Below, piece after piece: positions 1 to 11,250 of a DNA stretch of 64,000 bases (the first letter of the stretch is position 1; each line of letters starts with the position of its first letter). The DNA comes from Octopus sinensis (taxonomy: Eukaryota), in the NCBI RefSeq assembly GCF_006345805.1, contig NC_042997.1, forward strand, positions 130,014,001-130,078,000. Direction: 5' to 3'. The notes under the pieces were generated by a model. That model was given only the letters and a program-made list of their open reading frames with translations. It did no database searches and was not told the DNA's origin. The position numbers were made by a program, and so were the translations under genes.

Positions 1-511
1 TAACTCAAGCAAAGAAAGACAGCAATGATAACCAAAAGATCATACACAGTACACAGAATAAAACACAAAAATTCAGGAGCCAAAAAATTTTTTATTAAAT
101 GTTTAAAATTGAAACAGTTAATCATATATAATTTGGGCTTTCAATAGAAGCTGCTAAGCCAGAGCAGCTTTCCTAGATTGTAAAGACATGTATGCAGCAG
201 TGAGTATTTTTATAATTTGGCAGTTTTCCTGCATCTTGGAAGCATGAAGATTTTCATAATTTCCTCCAATTGCAAATATGTAATCAGCCCGTTTGATTAA
301 TCTTTATATCTCCACTTCTTAGACAAAATATTATAATTATTATAACTGTTATGAATCAAATTCACTCTAAATGTTTGAATTACCAGGAAATGTTCTAAAA
401 TAACAGGTTTTACGGGTTCAATCAAAATTTTTTGTTTCCAATCAGCTACTGGAATTAGTGACCTGAAGATTCTTCGCTAAAACAATAAATCTGAAAATAT
501 AACTGAAAACT

Positions 512-672
512 GTAGGCACAGGCATAGCTGTTTGGTAAGAAAGTTGTTTCCCAAACACATGGTTCTGGGTTCATCCCACTGTGTGGAACCTTGGGCAAAT
601 GTCTTCTACTATAGGTTCAGGTCAACAAAAGCCTTGTGAGTGAATTTGGTAGATGGAAACTGAAAGAAACTT
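512..672 (+). mobile_element. OR-like CORE SINE 5' half (tRNA-derived head + CORE)
   Basis: GCTGTTTGGTAAG A-box-like, GGGTTCATCCC B-box-like, CCTTGGGCAAATGTCTTCTACTATAG CORE-like; many copies in window. Confidence 0.8.
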
Positions 673-674
673 AT

Positions 675-709
<35 letters not shown>

Positions 710-800
710 ATGTATGTATGTATGTATGTATGTATGTATGTATGTATGTATGTATGTATGTATGTATGTATGTATGCATGTATGCATGCATGTATATATT
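673..800. repeat. (TG)n/(TATG)n microsatellite
   Basis: Direct reading. Confidence 0.95.
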
Positions 801-834
801 ATTATCTTTGTCTGTCTTGTCTTGCAAGTTACTT

Positions 835-1105
835 GGTGATCCTGCTAGTGCTTGTGCCACATAAAAAGCATCCAATCCACACTGTAAAGTGGTTGGCATT
901 TGGAAGGGCATCCAGCTGTATAAACCATGCCAAACTGACATTGCCTGTGCTTGTGCCACATAAAAAGCACTCAGTCCCCTCTGCTGAATGGTTGATGTTA
1001 GGAAGGGCATCCAGCCATAAAAATCCTGCCAAAGGCCTCAATGAATTCTATTTGACCCATGGGAGCATGAAAAAAGTGGATGTCAAACTGTCATGTTAAT
1101 GATGA
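835..1105 (+). mobile_element. RTE-type 3' tail, internally duplicated
   Basis: GTGCCACATAAAAAGCA...GGAAGGGCATCCAGC occurs twice (about 846-940 and 946-1030), then the CATGGGAGCATG / ATGATGAC end. Confidence 0.7.
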
Positions 1106-1304
1106 CATGTGAGCCAAACTGCACACTTCTCTATTTTTTCCTTGGTTCCACTTCTTACTTCTCAGAATTATTTCATAGACATTACAGTTCAATGAACAAA
1201 ATTTGTAAAATACCACTGCATCTTGATTTTTAAAAGAGTATTTAGCTTAGCACATTAACAATATGCATAACCACAGTTATAGCCATACATACAAATACAT
1301 ACAA

Positions 1305-1733
1305 ACTCTTTTACTCTTTCTTTTACTTGTTTCACTCATTTGACTGCAGCCATGCTAGAGCACCGCCTTTTAGTCAAAGAAATCAACCTCAGGACTTATT
1401 CTTTGTAAGCCTGGTACTTATTCTATCAGTCTGCTTTTTGCCGAACCACTAAGTTACAGGGATGTAAACACAGCAACATCAGTTGTCAAGCGATGATGGA
1501 GGCAAGAAATACATACAGAGGACACACACACACACTCATATATATATATATATATATATACGTATATATGATGGGCTTCTTTTCAATTTCCCTTTACCAA
1601 ATCCACTCACAAGACTTTGGTTGGCATGAGGCTACAGTAGAAGACACTTGTCCAAGGTGCTACACAGTGGGACTGAACCCGGAACCATGTCCTTGGGAAG
1701 CAAGCTTCTTTCCACACAGCCATATTTGCACCT
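1305..1733 (-). mobile_element. Full-length OR-like CORE SINE
   Basis: Reverse complement of head, CORE, internal TA/CA microsatellite and GACTGAAACAAGTAAAAGAG-type tail. Confidence 0.85.
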
Positions 1734-1754
1734 ATTTATTTATATATATATATA

Positions 1755-2045
1755 TAGTTGGAATTTACAAAAAACAAAAGACAAAGACAGGTGTGTAAAC
1801 AACAAACAGGTGTATTAGTTTAACACTTGGGAAGGTGAGAAAGTCCTTTACATTTGGAGTCTATGCTCTTCAACAGAAAGGGACACAAGAAAATAAACAG
1901 AGAGAGAATAAAAAAAGAGAGGATAAAGAAAGAGAGAATTAAAAAAGTGGGAGAAAAAAGAAGAAACAGAGGTAATAAAAAACGAATAAAAAGAGAAAAT
2001 AAAAAATGAGAAAATATATAAATAGATATAAAAGCACATTTAAAG
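1755..2045 (-). mobile_element. Possible Penelope-like terminal remnant
   Basis: Minus strand CTGTTGA-AGAGC-ATAG-ACTC-CAAA resembles a decayed hammerhead core; adjacent purine-rich tract. Confidence 0.3.
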
Positions 2046-2471
2046 GTTAATTACCTTTCTATTCTCTCAGCTTATTTTATATATATATATTGCTATTTTT
2101 AATCAATTAACTGTGAATACATTTCCTTTTTCTCTTTACATATTTGTATCATATTGTGTTTGTTTGCACAAATTGTCAACTTGAATGATAATAGAAAAGA
2201 GAATGAGAACATTTCAGTCAATATTATATTATAATATGATTATAGTTTTTATGACTAAAATTTATAACAACAAATCTGAGTAGACCAGTTTATGCTATTG
2301 TGTTGATTATGGAGTGGCTGTGTGATAAAGTTTGCTTCCCAACCGCATGGTTTCAGGTTCAGTCACACTGTGTGGAAACCTGGGCAAGTGTCTTCTACTA
2401 TAGCCTTGGGCCAACCAAAGCCTTATGAGTGGATTTGGTAGATGGAAACTTAAAGAAGCCCATCGCATATA

Positions 2472-3755
2472 CTAGGTTGTTATGAAAATACTGTCCGATT
2501 TTTCCAAAGCATTTTTTCAAATTCGATTTAAGATGTTGTTTTTGTAGTGTTTTAGATGAAATTTTACATGCTTAATAATTGATGTGTACTCTTTAATAAT
2601 TTTTTATTGCTTTCTTTTAGAATATAGAATTTGAAGTGTAAAAATCCTTAATTTCAAACATGGAAAAAGAAAAATTGCATTTACTTTTTTGCATGAATTC
2701 AAGCTTGGACTTAATCCTTCCCAAACAGCTGCCAATATCAACAGAGCATGGGGTGAAGGGTCCACTAGTGATCAGATGGGTCAACAATGGTTTGAAACAT
2801 TCCATAGTAGGAAAAGGAGCCTTGAAGATCAAGAAGATAGAGGATGTCAATCCAGCCTTGTTGATCAGAATTTGAAAACAATAGTTGAACAAAACCCACA
2901 ACAAAGTGTCAGAGAAATGTCTCATCTTCTTTGTGTCAGTGTTTCAACAGTAGCAGATCATCTGAAGAAAATCAGCAAAGTGAAAAACTTGATAAATGGG
3001 TCCTGCATGACCTCAATGAAAATCAAAAACTTCAGCATCTTGAAGTGTTTTGGATGCTCTCTCTGAAAAACCCTAATAACCTATTTCTTGACTGAATAGT
3101 CACTTGTGATGAAAGGTGGATCCTTTATGACAATTTTAAGTGACCAAATCAATGGTTTGATCATGATGAAGCACCCAAACATTTCCTGAAACCAAAGTTG
3201 CATCAGCAGAAGATTATGGTGACTGTCTGGTGGTCTGCCATTGGTGTCATCCATTACAGCTTTCTGGAACCTAACCAGAGTATTACATCAGAAGTTTACA
3301 GTAAGAAACTGGAAGAAGTGTATGTTGGCTTCAGTAAAATGAGATTTGCACTTGTTAATCAACATGGTCCAATTCTGCTCCACGACAATACTTGACTGCA
3401 TATTTCCAGGATGACACTGCAAAAGCTCACAGACTTGGGATACATGACTTTATCACATCCTATATATTCTCCTTATCTTTCACCCACCAACCACCACTTT
3501 TTCAAGCATCTAGATATTTTTTTAAGGCAAAAACCCTTCTGTTCCAAAACTGTGGTTGGAACTGAATTCAAGCATTTCCTGGCATCAAAACCTTTGAATT
3601 TTATCAAAGAAGCATAAATGACCTTGTTAATCGATGGGGGAAATGTATAGCTGTTCAGAGATCATATTGTGAATAATTAAACCTTTGTAAAGGTTCAGTT
3701 TTTAAGAATACAGGCTTATTTTAAAAATCGGTCATTATTTTCTGAACAACCTAAT
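2472..3755 (+). mobile_element. Mariner DNA transposon, family A, full length (~1.28 kb)
   Basis: TIRs CTAGGTTGTTATGAAAATACTGTCCGATTTT versus reverse complement TTAGGTTGTTCAGAAAAATAATGACCGATTTT; TA on the left, TG on the right. Confidence 0.92.
2660..3617 (+). pseudogene. Mariner transposase, frameshifted
   Basis: HTH region (HEFKLG..AANINRAWG), TCDERW, MVTVWWSAIGVIHY, LLHDN, YSPYLSPTNHHFF (YSPDLAPSD-like). Confidence 0.92.
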
Positions 3756-4020
3756 GTGTGTGTGTTTCTATTTGTGTCTGTCCCCACCACTGCTTGCCAG
3801 TTGGTGTTGGTTTGTTTACATCCCCATAACTTAGTTGTTTGGCAAAAGAAGACCAATTGAATATTAAACAAGGAATGAAAGCCTCTTGTAATGTTACCTT
3901 TAACATAACAAAAGACAAAAATTATATTAAAAAAAACCCAGAAAGCTACATATGATTGGAGAGGATACCAGCTGTGAAAGTAAGTCACAGAAAGATTATG
4001 AAGAAGTAAAGTAAACCTAT

Positions 4021-4457
4021 ACTCTTTAACTCTTTTACTTGTTTCAGTCTTGACTGAGGCCATGATGGAGCACCACCTTTAGTCGAGCAAATCGACCCCA
4101 GGACTTATTCTTTGTAAGCCTAGTACTTATTCTATCGGTCTCTTTTGCCGAAACGCTAAGTTACGGGGACGTAAACACACCAGCATCAGTTGTCAAGCGG
4201 TGTTGGGGGGGGGAGACAAACACAGACACACAAGCATATGCACACAAATACATATATATATATACATATATGTGATGAGCTTCTTTCAGTTTCCATCTAC
4301 GAAATCCACTCACAAGGCTTTGGTCAGCCTGAGGCTATAGTAGAAGATACTTGCCCAAGGTGCCACGCAGTGAAACTGAACCAGGAACCATGAGGTTCAT
4401 AAGCAAGCTACTTACCACACAGTAACTCCTACGCCTATAGCCACTCCTATGCCTATT
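4021..4457 (-). mobile_element. Full-length OR-like CORE SINE
   Basis: Close to other copies; short duplication of the 5' end (GTAACTCCTACGCCTATA / GCCACTCCTATGCCTAT). Confidence 0.85.
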
Positions 4458-4659
4458 TTTAATATTTTTCTTAAAGGTTATTTAAATAACATCGCAGTAT
4501 AACAACATATTAACAAAATGGTAAAAGATATTAAAAAGACTTCAGAGTTTCATCGGCATAATTTTCCTAATTAGTCAGATAAATCAACATTTGGAAGTTC
4601 TAATACTGCTTTCTCATAGCATATGTAAGGGACTGTAGTCTCAGTAAAACATGAGTTGC

Positions 4660-4975
4660 TGATAATTTTTCTTTGCCAAATAAGTGTGGCTTGTTCCAGG
4701 TTCAACCCTACATTGTGGCACTATGGGCAAGTGTCTTCTACTACAACCTCGACCTGTCATGAATGTGTGTGTGTGTGTTTGTGTGTGTTTATCCCTCACT
4801 ACTGCTTGACAACCAGTGTTGGTTTGTTTACATCCTAGTAACTTAGTGGTTCAACAAAATGGAACTAATAGAATAAGTACCAATCTTAAATAAAGGTACC
4901 GCCTTAAAAATTCTTCAAGGCAGTGCCCCAGCATAGCCACAGTCTAATGACTGAACAAATAAAAGATAAAAGAGA
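4660..4975 (+). mobile_element. Degenerate OR-like SINE variant
   Basis: GGTTCAACCC, ATGGGCAAGTGTCTTCTACT, CTTGACAACC..., GACTGAACAAATAAAAGATAAAAGAG tail. Confidence 0.7.
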
Positions 4976-5074
4976 CAGACTATAAGTATTCTAAAGCTGA
5001 TTTCCTTGTTTGGAGGAGAATTTGAGAACATATATTACTCCTCTTAAGAATATTAGAAATAGGTACCATGCTTA

Positions 5075-5450
5075 CTTTTCACTCCCTATGAAGCATAGGC
5101 CATTGACAATTGTACCCCATTTTACTTGAATCTGAGCTATTAGAAACATTCCCTCAGTATGAGGTGGGAGGCACCGTATGTTTTTTTCCGTAAGGGACAG
5201 CTTTCCTCTTCCAAGTCTTACTGGTTTTGAAATTCCATCAATGCTTTTTTTTTCTAGGTAGAGGTGTCAGTGCTACACAAACTCATTTTTTTATGTCAGG
5301 GAAAAAAAGGTTTATATATTAATTTGGTCTCTCTCCTTTGACCTGTCCAGCATGGTAGGCCCTACCATGAGCTTGTGCTCCACTGGCATAGCTCTCAAAG
5401 TCATTTAGGCATGCAAGTCAACACACCACAACAAGGACTGAACCTTGTGA
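5075..5450 (-). mobile_element. Short bipartite RTE derivative (5' region joined to 3' end)
   Basis: Minus strand CCTTGTTGTGGTG..GCATGCCTAAATGACTTTGAGAGCTATGCC..GGACAGGTC resembles RTE/BovB 5' region; then IAQIQVKWGTIVNGLCF resembling the RTE C-terminus. Confidence 0.55.
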
Positions 5451-6241
5451 CAGAAGTAGGTACCATACAGTGGCACAATTCCCCACTGTATCTAATATAC
5501 TAAATGTAAGTAGGTGTAGTCTCCTACTCTAAATAGTTTTGTACAAACAATTAGATGCCATACAGAGTTACAGCCACTTCTGATGGCACATCAACCATGA
5601 TCAGTAGATACTAAGGTCTTGCTGTTTTCCAAAGGAAAACTCTTAGTACATTGTGATTTACACATGAGACCATAACACTCAATGGAGAACTTTACACTGC
5701 TTTAAATCAGTAACACCAATGAAGGAAGTTCTGAACAACTTTATCATACTGAAGTAAGGTGGATATCTCATGAAGATGACTTACAATTGTAAGTTGAACT
5801 TTTTGATTCAACTGGTGAGTTCCTAAATAATGTTTTACTTCATTGATTTATATTCTACATCTAATGAAGGGCAAATACGAATACAAAGTAAATATCATCT
5901 GCCTCCTCTGCCACTGCCGCCACTTTCATGGGTCATAAAGAATTTATTGAAGCAGATTTTCTATGTCACCAATCCTCACCTGTTTGTAAGAGTTGTAAGA
6001 GGATATCTATGGATAGCTGCTTTGAAACATCCAGCTTCTATATCCGGACTATGAATTCATATTCATACCTCCAGCTTCTGTATCATCATCATCATTTAGC
6101 GTCCGCTTTCCATGCTAGCATGGGTTGGACGGTTCAACTGGGGTCTGTGAAGCCAGAAGGCTGCATCAGGCCCAGTCTGATCTGGCAGTGTTTCTACGGT
6201 TGGATGCCCTTCCTAACGCCAACCACTCCGTGAGTGTAGTG

Positions 6242-6578
6242 GGTGCTTTTTACGTGCCACCCGCACAGGTGCCAGACGGAGCTGGCAAATGGCCACGGAC
6301 GGATGGTGCTTTTTACGTGCCACCGGCACGGGGGCCAGGCGAGGCTGGCAATGGCCACGATCGGATGGTGCATTTTACGTGCCACCGGCACGGGGCCAGG
6401 CAAGGCTGGCAATGGCCATGAACGGATGGTGCTACGTGCCACCGGCACGGAGGCCAGGTGAGGCTGGCAACGGCCACAAATGGATGGTGCTTTTTACGTG
6501 CCACCGGCACGGAGGCCAGTCGGGGCGGCGCTGGCCACGGCCATGATCGGATGGTTCGCTTACTTGTCACCGGCACTG
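6242..6578. repeat. ~58-67 bp tandem array (5 units + degenerate 6th) in the RTE 3' UTR
   Basis: Units start at 6242, 6305, 6367, 6428, 6486 and 6553; core GGTGCTTTTTACGTGCCACCGGCACG. Confidence 0.92.
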
Positions 6579-6784
6579 GTATCACAGCTGCAACTTCCAT
6601 TGATGTTGATCGACTTCGATTTTGGTTCTGCTTTCTGATATCTGATTTGATTTGGTTTGATTTTGATTTTGATTTTCACTTGCCTCAACGGGTCTTCACA
6701 AGTGGAGTTTTGTGTCCCAAGACGGAAAGGTATGTATAAGTCGACTGGCTACATACCAGGTAGAGGCCACAGGTTATGGTCTCA

Positions 6785-8560
6785 CTAGTCTTGCCGGGTC
6801 TTCTCATGCACAGCATACTTCCATAGGTCTTGGTCTCTAGTCATTTCCTTGGTGAGACCTAAAGTTCGAAGGTCGTGCTTCACCACCTCGTCCCAGGTTT
6901 TCCTGGGTCTACCTCTTCCACAGGTTCCCTCAACTGCTAGGGTGTGACACTTTTGCACACAACTATCTTCAGCCATTCTCGTCACATGACCATACCAGCG
7001 CAAACGTCTCTCTTGCACACCACAACTGGTGCTTCTTAGGTCCAACTTTTCTCTCAAGGTACTTACACTCTGTCGATTATGAACACTGACATTACACATC
7101 CATCGGAGCATACTGGCTTCATTTCTTGCAAGCTTACGCATATCCTCAGCAGTCACAGCCCATGTTTCACTACCATGTAGCATGGCTGTATGTACACATG
7201 CATCATACAGTCTGCCTTTTACTCTGAGCGAGAGGCCTTTTGTCACCAGCAGGGGTAAGAGCTCTCTAAACTTTGCCCAGGCTATTCTTACTCTAGCAGT
7301 TACACTTTCAGCACACCCACCCCTGCTACTGACTTGGTCACCTAGGTAGCGGAAGCTATCAACTACTTCTAGTTTTTCTCCCTGGAACGTGGTAGAAGTT
7401 GGTCTCAAAGCATTTTCAGTGTTTATTGCTCCTGAGCATCTGCCACAGACAAAAACTATTTTCCTAGTTAGCCTTCCTTTGACATTGCTACACCTCTTAT
7501 ATGTCCATAGCTTACACTTGGTGCACCTTATAGAGTTTCTACCTATGCCTTTTTTACAGATCGAGCAGGGCCATCTACCTGAAGGCGTTTGTGATTGGTC
7601 TACCTTCCTACTTATTAGGACTTTGGTTTTGGCTAGGTTGATTCTAAGGGCTTCGATTCTAAACCTTGCTTCCACACCTGAAACTTCTCCCCCAGTTCTG
7701 ATAGTGACTCAGCAATTAGAGCAAGGTCATCAGCATAGAGGAGCTCCCAGGGGCATCCTGTCTTGAATTCCTCCGTTATTGCTTGGAGGACTATGATAAA
7801 TAGGAGGAGACTGAGGACTGAACCTTGGTGGACCCCAACCTCTACCTGGAATTCTTCACTGTACTCGTTGCCAACCCTCACCTTACTAGCAGCGTCTCTG
7901 TACATGGCTCACACAGCTCTCACTAACCATTCATCTATCCCTAGTTTCCTCATTGACCACCAGATAAGGGATTGGGGGACCCTGTCGAAGGCTTTCTCCA
8001 TGTCAACAAAAGCCAGGTACAGGGGCTTATCTTTGGCTAGGTATTTCTCCTGCAGCTGTCTTACCAGGAATATAGCATCAGTAGTATTTTTCCCTGGCAC
8101 AAACCCAAACTGCATCTCATCTAAGCTAACTCTCTCTCTAATTAGTTGGGCTATAACCCTCTCCATAACCTTCATTACCTGATCCAGCAGCTTGATACCC
8201 CTGTAGTTATTTGTATCTAGGGCGTCACCTTTACCTTTGTAGCAGTTGACTATTATGCTGCTACACCAGTCATTGGGTATGACTCCTTCGTGTATCACCT
8301 GGTTAACTATACGGGTGACTAGGCTATAGCCGACACTGCCAGATATTTTGAGCATCTCTGCAGTAATTCCTGATGGGCCTGGGGCTTTCCCTGTTTTCAT
8401 GCTTGTAATTGCCTTAACTACTAAGGAACTGTCAACTCGGATTGCTGGCCCCTCTGTTGGGTAGACATTCGGCAGACTCTCTTTATCCCATTCATTTTCC
8501 TCATTCAGCAACCTTTCATAGTGGCATCTCCAAACCTCTCTCTTTGCATCCTCATTAACT
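6785..8560 (-). pseudogene. RTE reverse transcriptase with PHD-like insertion (one stop, one frameshift)
   Basis: KAPGPSG, NYRGIKLL, QFGF, FVDMEKAFDRVP, GVHQGSVLS, LLYADD, YLG, LRWYGHV, GRGRPRKTW. Confidence 0.93.
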
Positions 8561-8644
8561 ACATCCCAAAGATGGAGCCTTGTATCTTTGTTGGAAACCA
8601 GTTCCCTCCTCAGTGGAGGATTTACAATAACTAGAAAATAAAAG

Positions 8645-8790
8645 AGACATACATGCATGCATGCTTCTTTCAGTTTCTGTTCACCCAATCTACTCAAAAG
8701 CATTGACTTGAACAAAGCCATCACTGAAAACATATGCCCAAGGTGCCATGCCATGGGACTGAACTCAAAACCACATAGTTGGTATGCATC
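8645..8790 (-). mobile_element. OR-like SINE head fragment
   Basis: CTTCTTTCAGTTTC...GCCCAAGGTGCCATG...GGGACTGAAC. Confidence 0.65.
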
Positions 8791-8934
8791 AGTTTAATTC
8801 AAGCTTGAACTCTTATTTTAGGATTTCAAATAGATTGGTGTGCATAAATCTTTTTTTTTTTTTTCAGGTAACAGGAAATTTCAATATCTTTTGAACTTGA
8901 CATGACTAGATTAAGAAACAGATAAAAATATTTC

Positions 8935-9300
8935 AGATGTTTTATGTCAGGAGAGCCATTATGCCAAAATAAGCACATGTATTGGTTCTATTTCACTTCT
9001 TTATTTGTATTTGTCAATTAATTAACTATTTAATCAATTAACTAATTGATTGTCTGATTAATCATTCAGTCAGTTACTCAATCAACTAGGTTTGTCAAAG
9101 TCCTTTCATCGCTATTCATGATCTGATGAAAGACAGGCTCTCTCTACTCCTGAAAAACCTAGCTGGTTGATTGACTGATCAAACGATTAATCAAACAATC
9201 AATTAGTTAACTGATTGATTATAATAAAAGAAGTGAAACAGAACCAGTGTGTGTGTTTATTATTAACATAATGACCCTCCCAAAATACAATAGAATATGT
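8935..9300. mobile_element. Foldback (palindromic) element, MITE-like or inverted Penelope-like termini
   Basis: Imperfect inverted arms of ~150 bp, e.g. GGTTCTATTTCACTTCT / AGAAGTGAAACAGAACC and CTTTCATC / GATGAAAG. Confidence 0.8.
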
Positions 9301-10016
9301 TTCAACACATGAGTTCACATCAAGAATTTTGCAAACCAAATACAAAAACCAAAATGTCTTAGATGTCATCAGTACAACCCACCTTCAATACTTGAAGGGG
9401 TATTTTAAAGTTTATTTTGAGGGTCTTACAAATATGAAAATTCCTGCTGAGATTGTTTCTCCATTCTATACAGAAAGAGAAAATGCAGATGTTGAGAGTA
9501 ACTTACTAGAGGAATTGAATTAAATGAATGTAAGTCTTGAGGCAAAACTATTGTTCAAATATGAAGGCTTTAGTGATTTCTAGAGCAATGAAAACACTGC
9601 AATCAAATATCCAAATCTTGTGGCAGCTGCTGGCATATATTTATTTGCATTTTCCAGTTCTTATCTGGCTGAAACTGGATTTAGCTACATAAATGCACTG
9701 TTGAATATACAAGGCAATATCAATGAACGCACTGACCTACCACTCAGACTCATGAATTTTTATTTTGTTATGATATTCATGCTATTGTTAGTGGTCATCA
9801 GGCTGATCCATCTCAGTAAGAACGTGAATGGAATGTAAACTTCTATTAAAATGTATTCTCCTGTCTCTTTATGCTTTCTTATTTATCTCTACAGCATTAG
9901 TAAGGTAACCTGTCTGATCGTATTTTTTTCTCAGTTGTTCTTGGTATTTTTTTTTTTCTTATTGAGTATACTGTGTCTGCAAAGATATTACTTTTGTTTC
10001 TTATTTATCGTAAGTA

Positions 10017-11250
10017 TCAGGTCATCCCATAAGTTCTGTCCGAATTTTGAATAAAGAAAACAAGTGATAAAATGTTATATTTAATTGAAATTTAATCATC
10101 AATGTACTTTCCCTGATTAACTACGACTTCCTTCCATCTGTTTACAAGCTTTTTAATCCCATCAATGTAAAACTCTTTTGGTTTCAAAGCGAAGAACTCC
10201 GAAATGTCAGTTTCGACCTCCTCCTGGCTTGCGAAAGTTATGTCCCCCAAATGATTCTGTAAACTACGAAACAAATGGTAATCTGAAGGAGCAAGGTCGG
10301 GAGAATAAGGTGGATGAGGAATTTTTTCCCAACCAAGCTCTTTGATCTTCTGTGATGTGATCTTTGCAGTGTGGGGTCGCGCATTGTCCTGATGAAACAT
10401 CACTCCTTTTCAATTCACTAAAGTGGGTCTTTTTTTCTTCAAAAAGCTTGGTTCAAACGCTCTAATTGCTGATAGTAGAATTGAGCATTGATTGTTGTAT
10501 AAGGTGGTAACAATTCAAAGTGAATTACTCTTTTGCAATCCTATCAGATAGAGAGAACCTCTTTTTCACGAAGCTCCCTTCTTGGTTGTGGTTGAGCATT
10601 TTCCCTTTTACCAAGCCACTGTTTACGACGTTTAACATTTCGATAGAAGATCCATTTTTTACATCACCAGTCACAAGTCTATCCAAAAAGGGTGAAATGA
10701 GTTTGCAAGAATGGAGAGAAGTGCAGATGTCGACTCGGGATTTGCGGTTGCTTTCGGACAATTCATGAGGCACCCATTTTCCAAGTTTAGGAATCTTTTC
10801 AAGTTGTTGAAGATGATGATGAACAGTTGTATGGTTTGAACTAAGCTTTATTGCCAATTCATCAACTGATAATACAGGATTTTCTTCAAGTAATGCCTCA
10901 AGGAGCTTATCATCAAACTCAACTGGACATCCTGTTCGATCGTTATCTTCAAGGCTGAAATCTCCAGCATTCTTTCCTATAAACTGAGTGTTATGTTTTG
11001 AATCACTTCGGCTGCAGAGTTTCCTTTTTTGTACTCATAAAGCATTATGTGCCTTAAATGCCCTTTGGACACTTCCATGTTAGAAAGGGTTTTAATCAAA
11101 GAAATTTTAATTCTATTATTCTGTAAAACAATATTTAATTAGTTTAAATTAGTTTAATTAGTTTAAATGTACACAAATGCGTAAAAATAATTTTTAGTTC
11201 CATTAGACATTCTAAAATACTATTAAATTTCATTCCATTTTAAAAAAGTT
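10017..11250 (-). mobile_element. Mariner family B copy 1 (3' TIR present, 5' TIR missing)
   Basis: TA + TCAGGTCATCCCATAAGTTCTGTCCG terminus; transposase remnants inside. Confidence 0.9.
10092..11078 (-). pseudogene. Mariner transposase, frameshifted
   Basis: MEVSKGHLRHIMLYEYKKG, WVPHEL, LVTGD, FHQDNARPH, HPPYSPDLAPSDYHLF (D34D). Confidence 0.93.

Larger units (their letters stand above)
2310..3900 (+). mobile_element. OR-like SINE split by mariner (halves about 2310-2471 and 3756-3900)
   Basis: Head/CORE ends at GAAGCCCATCGCATATA; SINE 3' body resumes GTGTGT...CTTGCCAGTTGGTGTTGG after the mariner. Confidence 0.8.
6082..8560 (-). mobile_element. 5'-truncated RTE-clade LINE with long 3' UTR and (ATG)n tail
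   Basis: RT ORF 8560-6785, 3' UTR 6784-6082 ending CCATGCTAGCATGGAAAGCGGACGCTAAATGATGATG. Confidence 0.93.
5480..9820 (+). pseudogene. hAT (Charlie/Buster-type) transposase remnant in pieces (about 5480-5895, 8795-8935, 9300-9820), split by nested insertions
   Basis: TSDGTSTM, VHCDLH (CxxH), LYHTEVRWIS, AFSSSYLAETGFS (dimerisation region) and terminal HQADPSQ* in colinear order. Confidence 0.8.

Noticed and set aside
609-1099. ORFs with YVCM/YIHT repeats (also 13835-15638, 16914-17545, 38855-39449 and similar)
   Set aside because: Translations of TG/TATG/TACA microsatellites; no coding signal
6242-6578. CRISPR-like array (also 28675-28810)
   Set aside because: Whole units repeat with no unique spacers, no cas genes, eukaryotic LINE context
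7389-8182. Plus-strand ORFs of 125 and 139 aa
   Set aside because: Antisense shadows of the RTE RT frame
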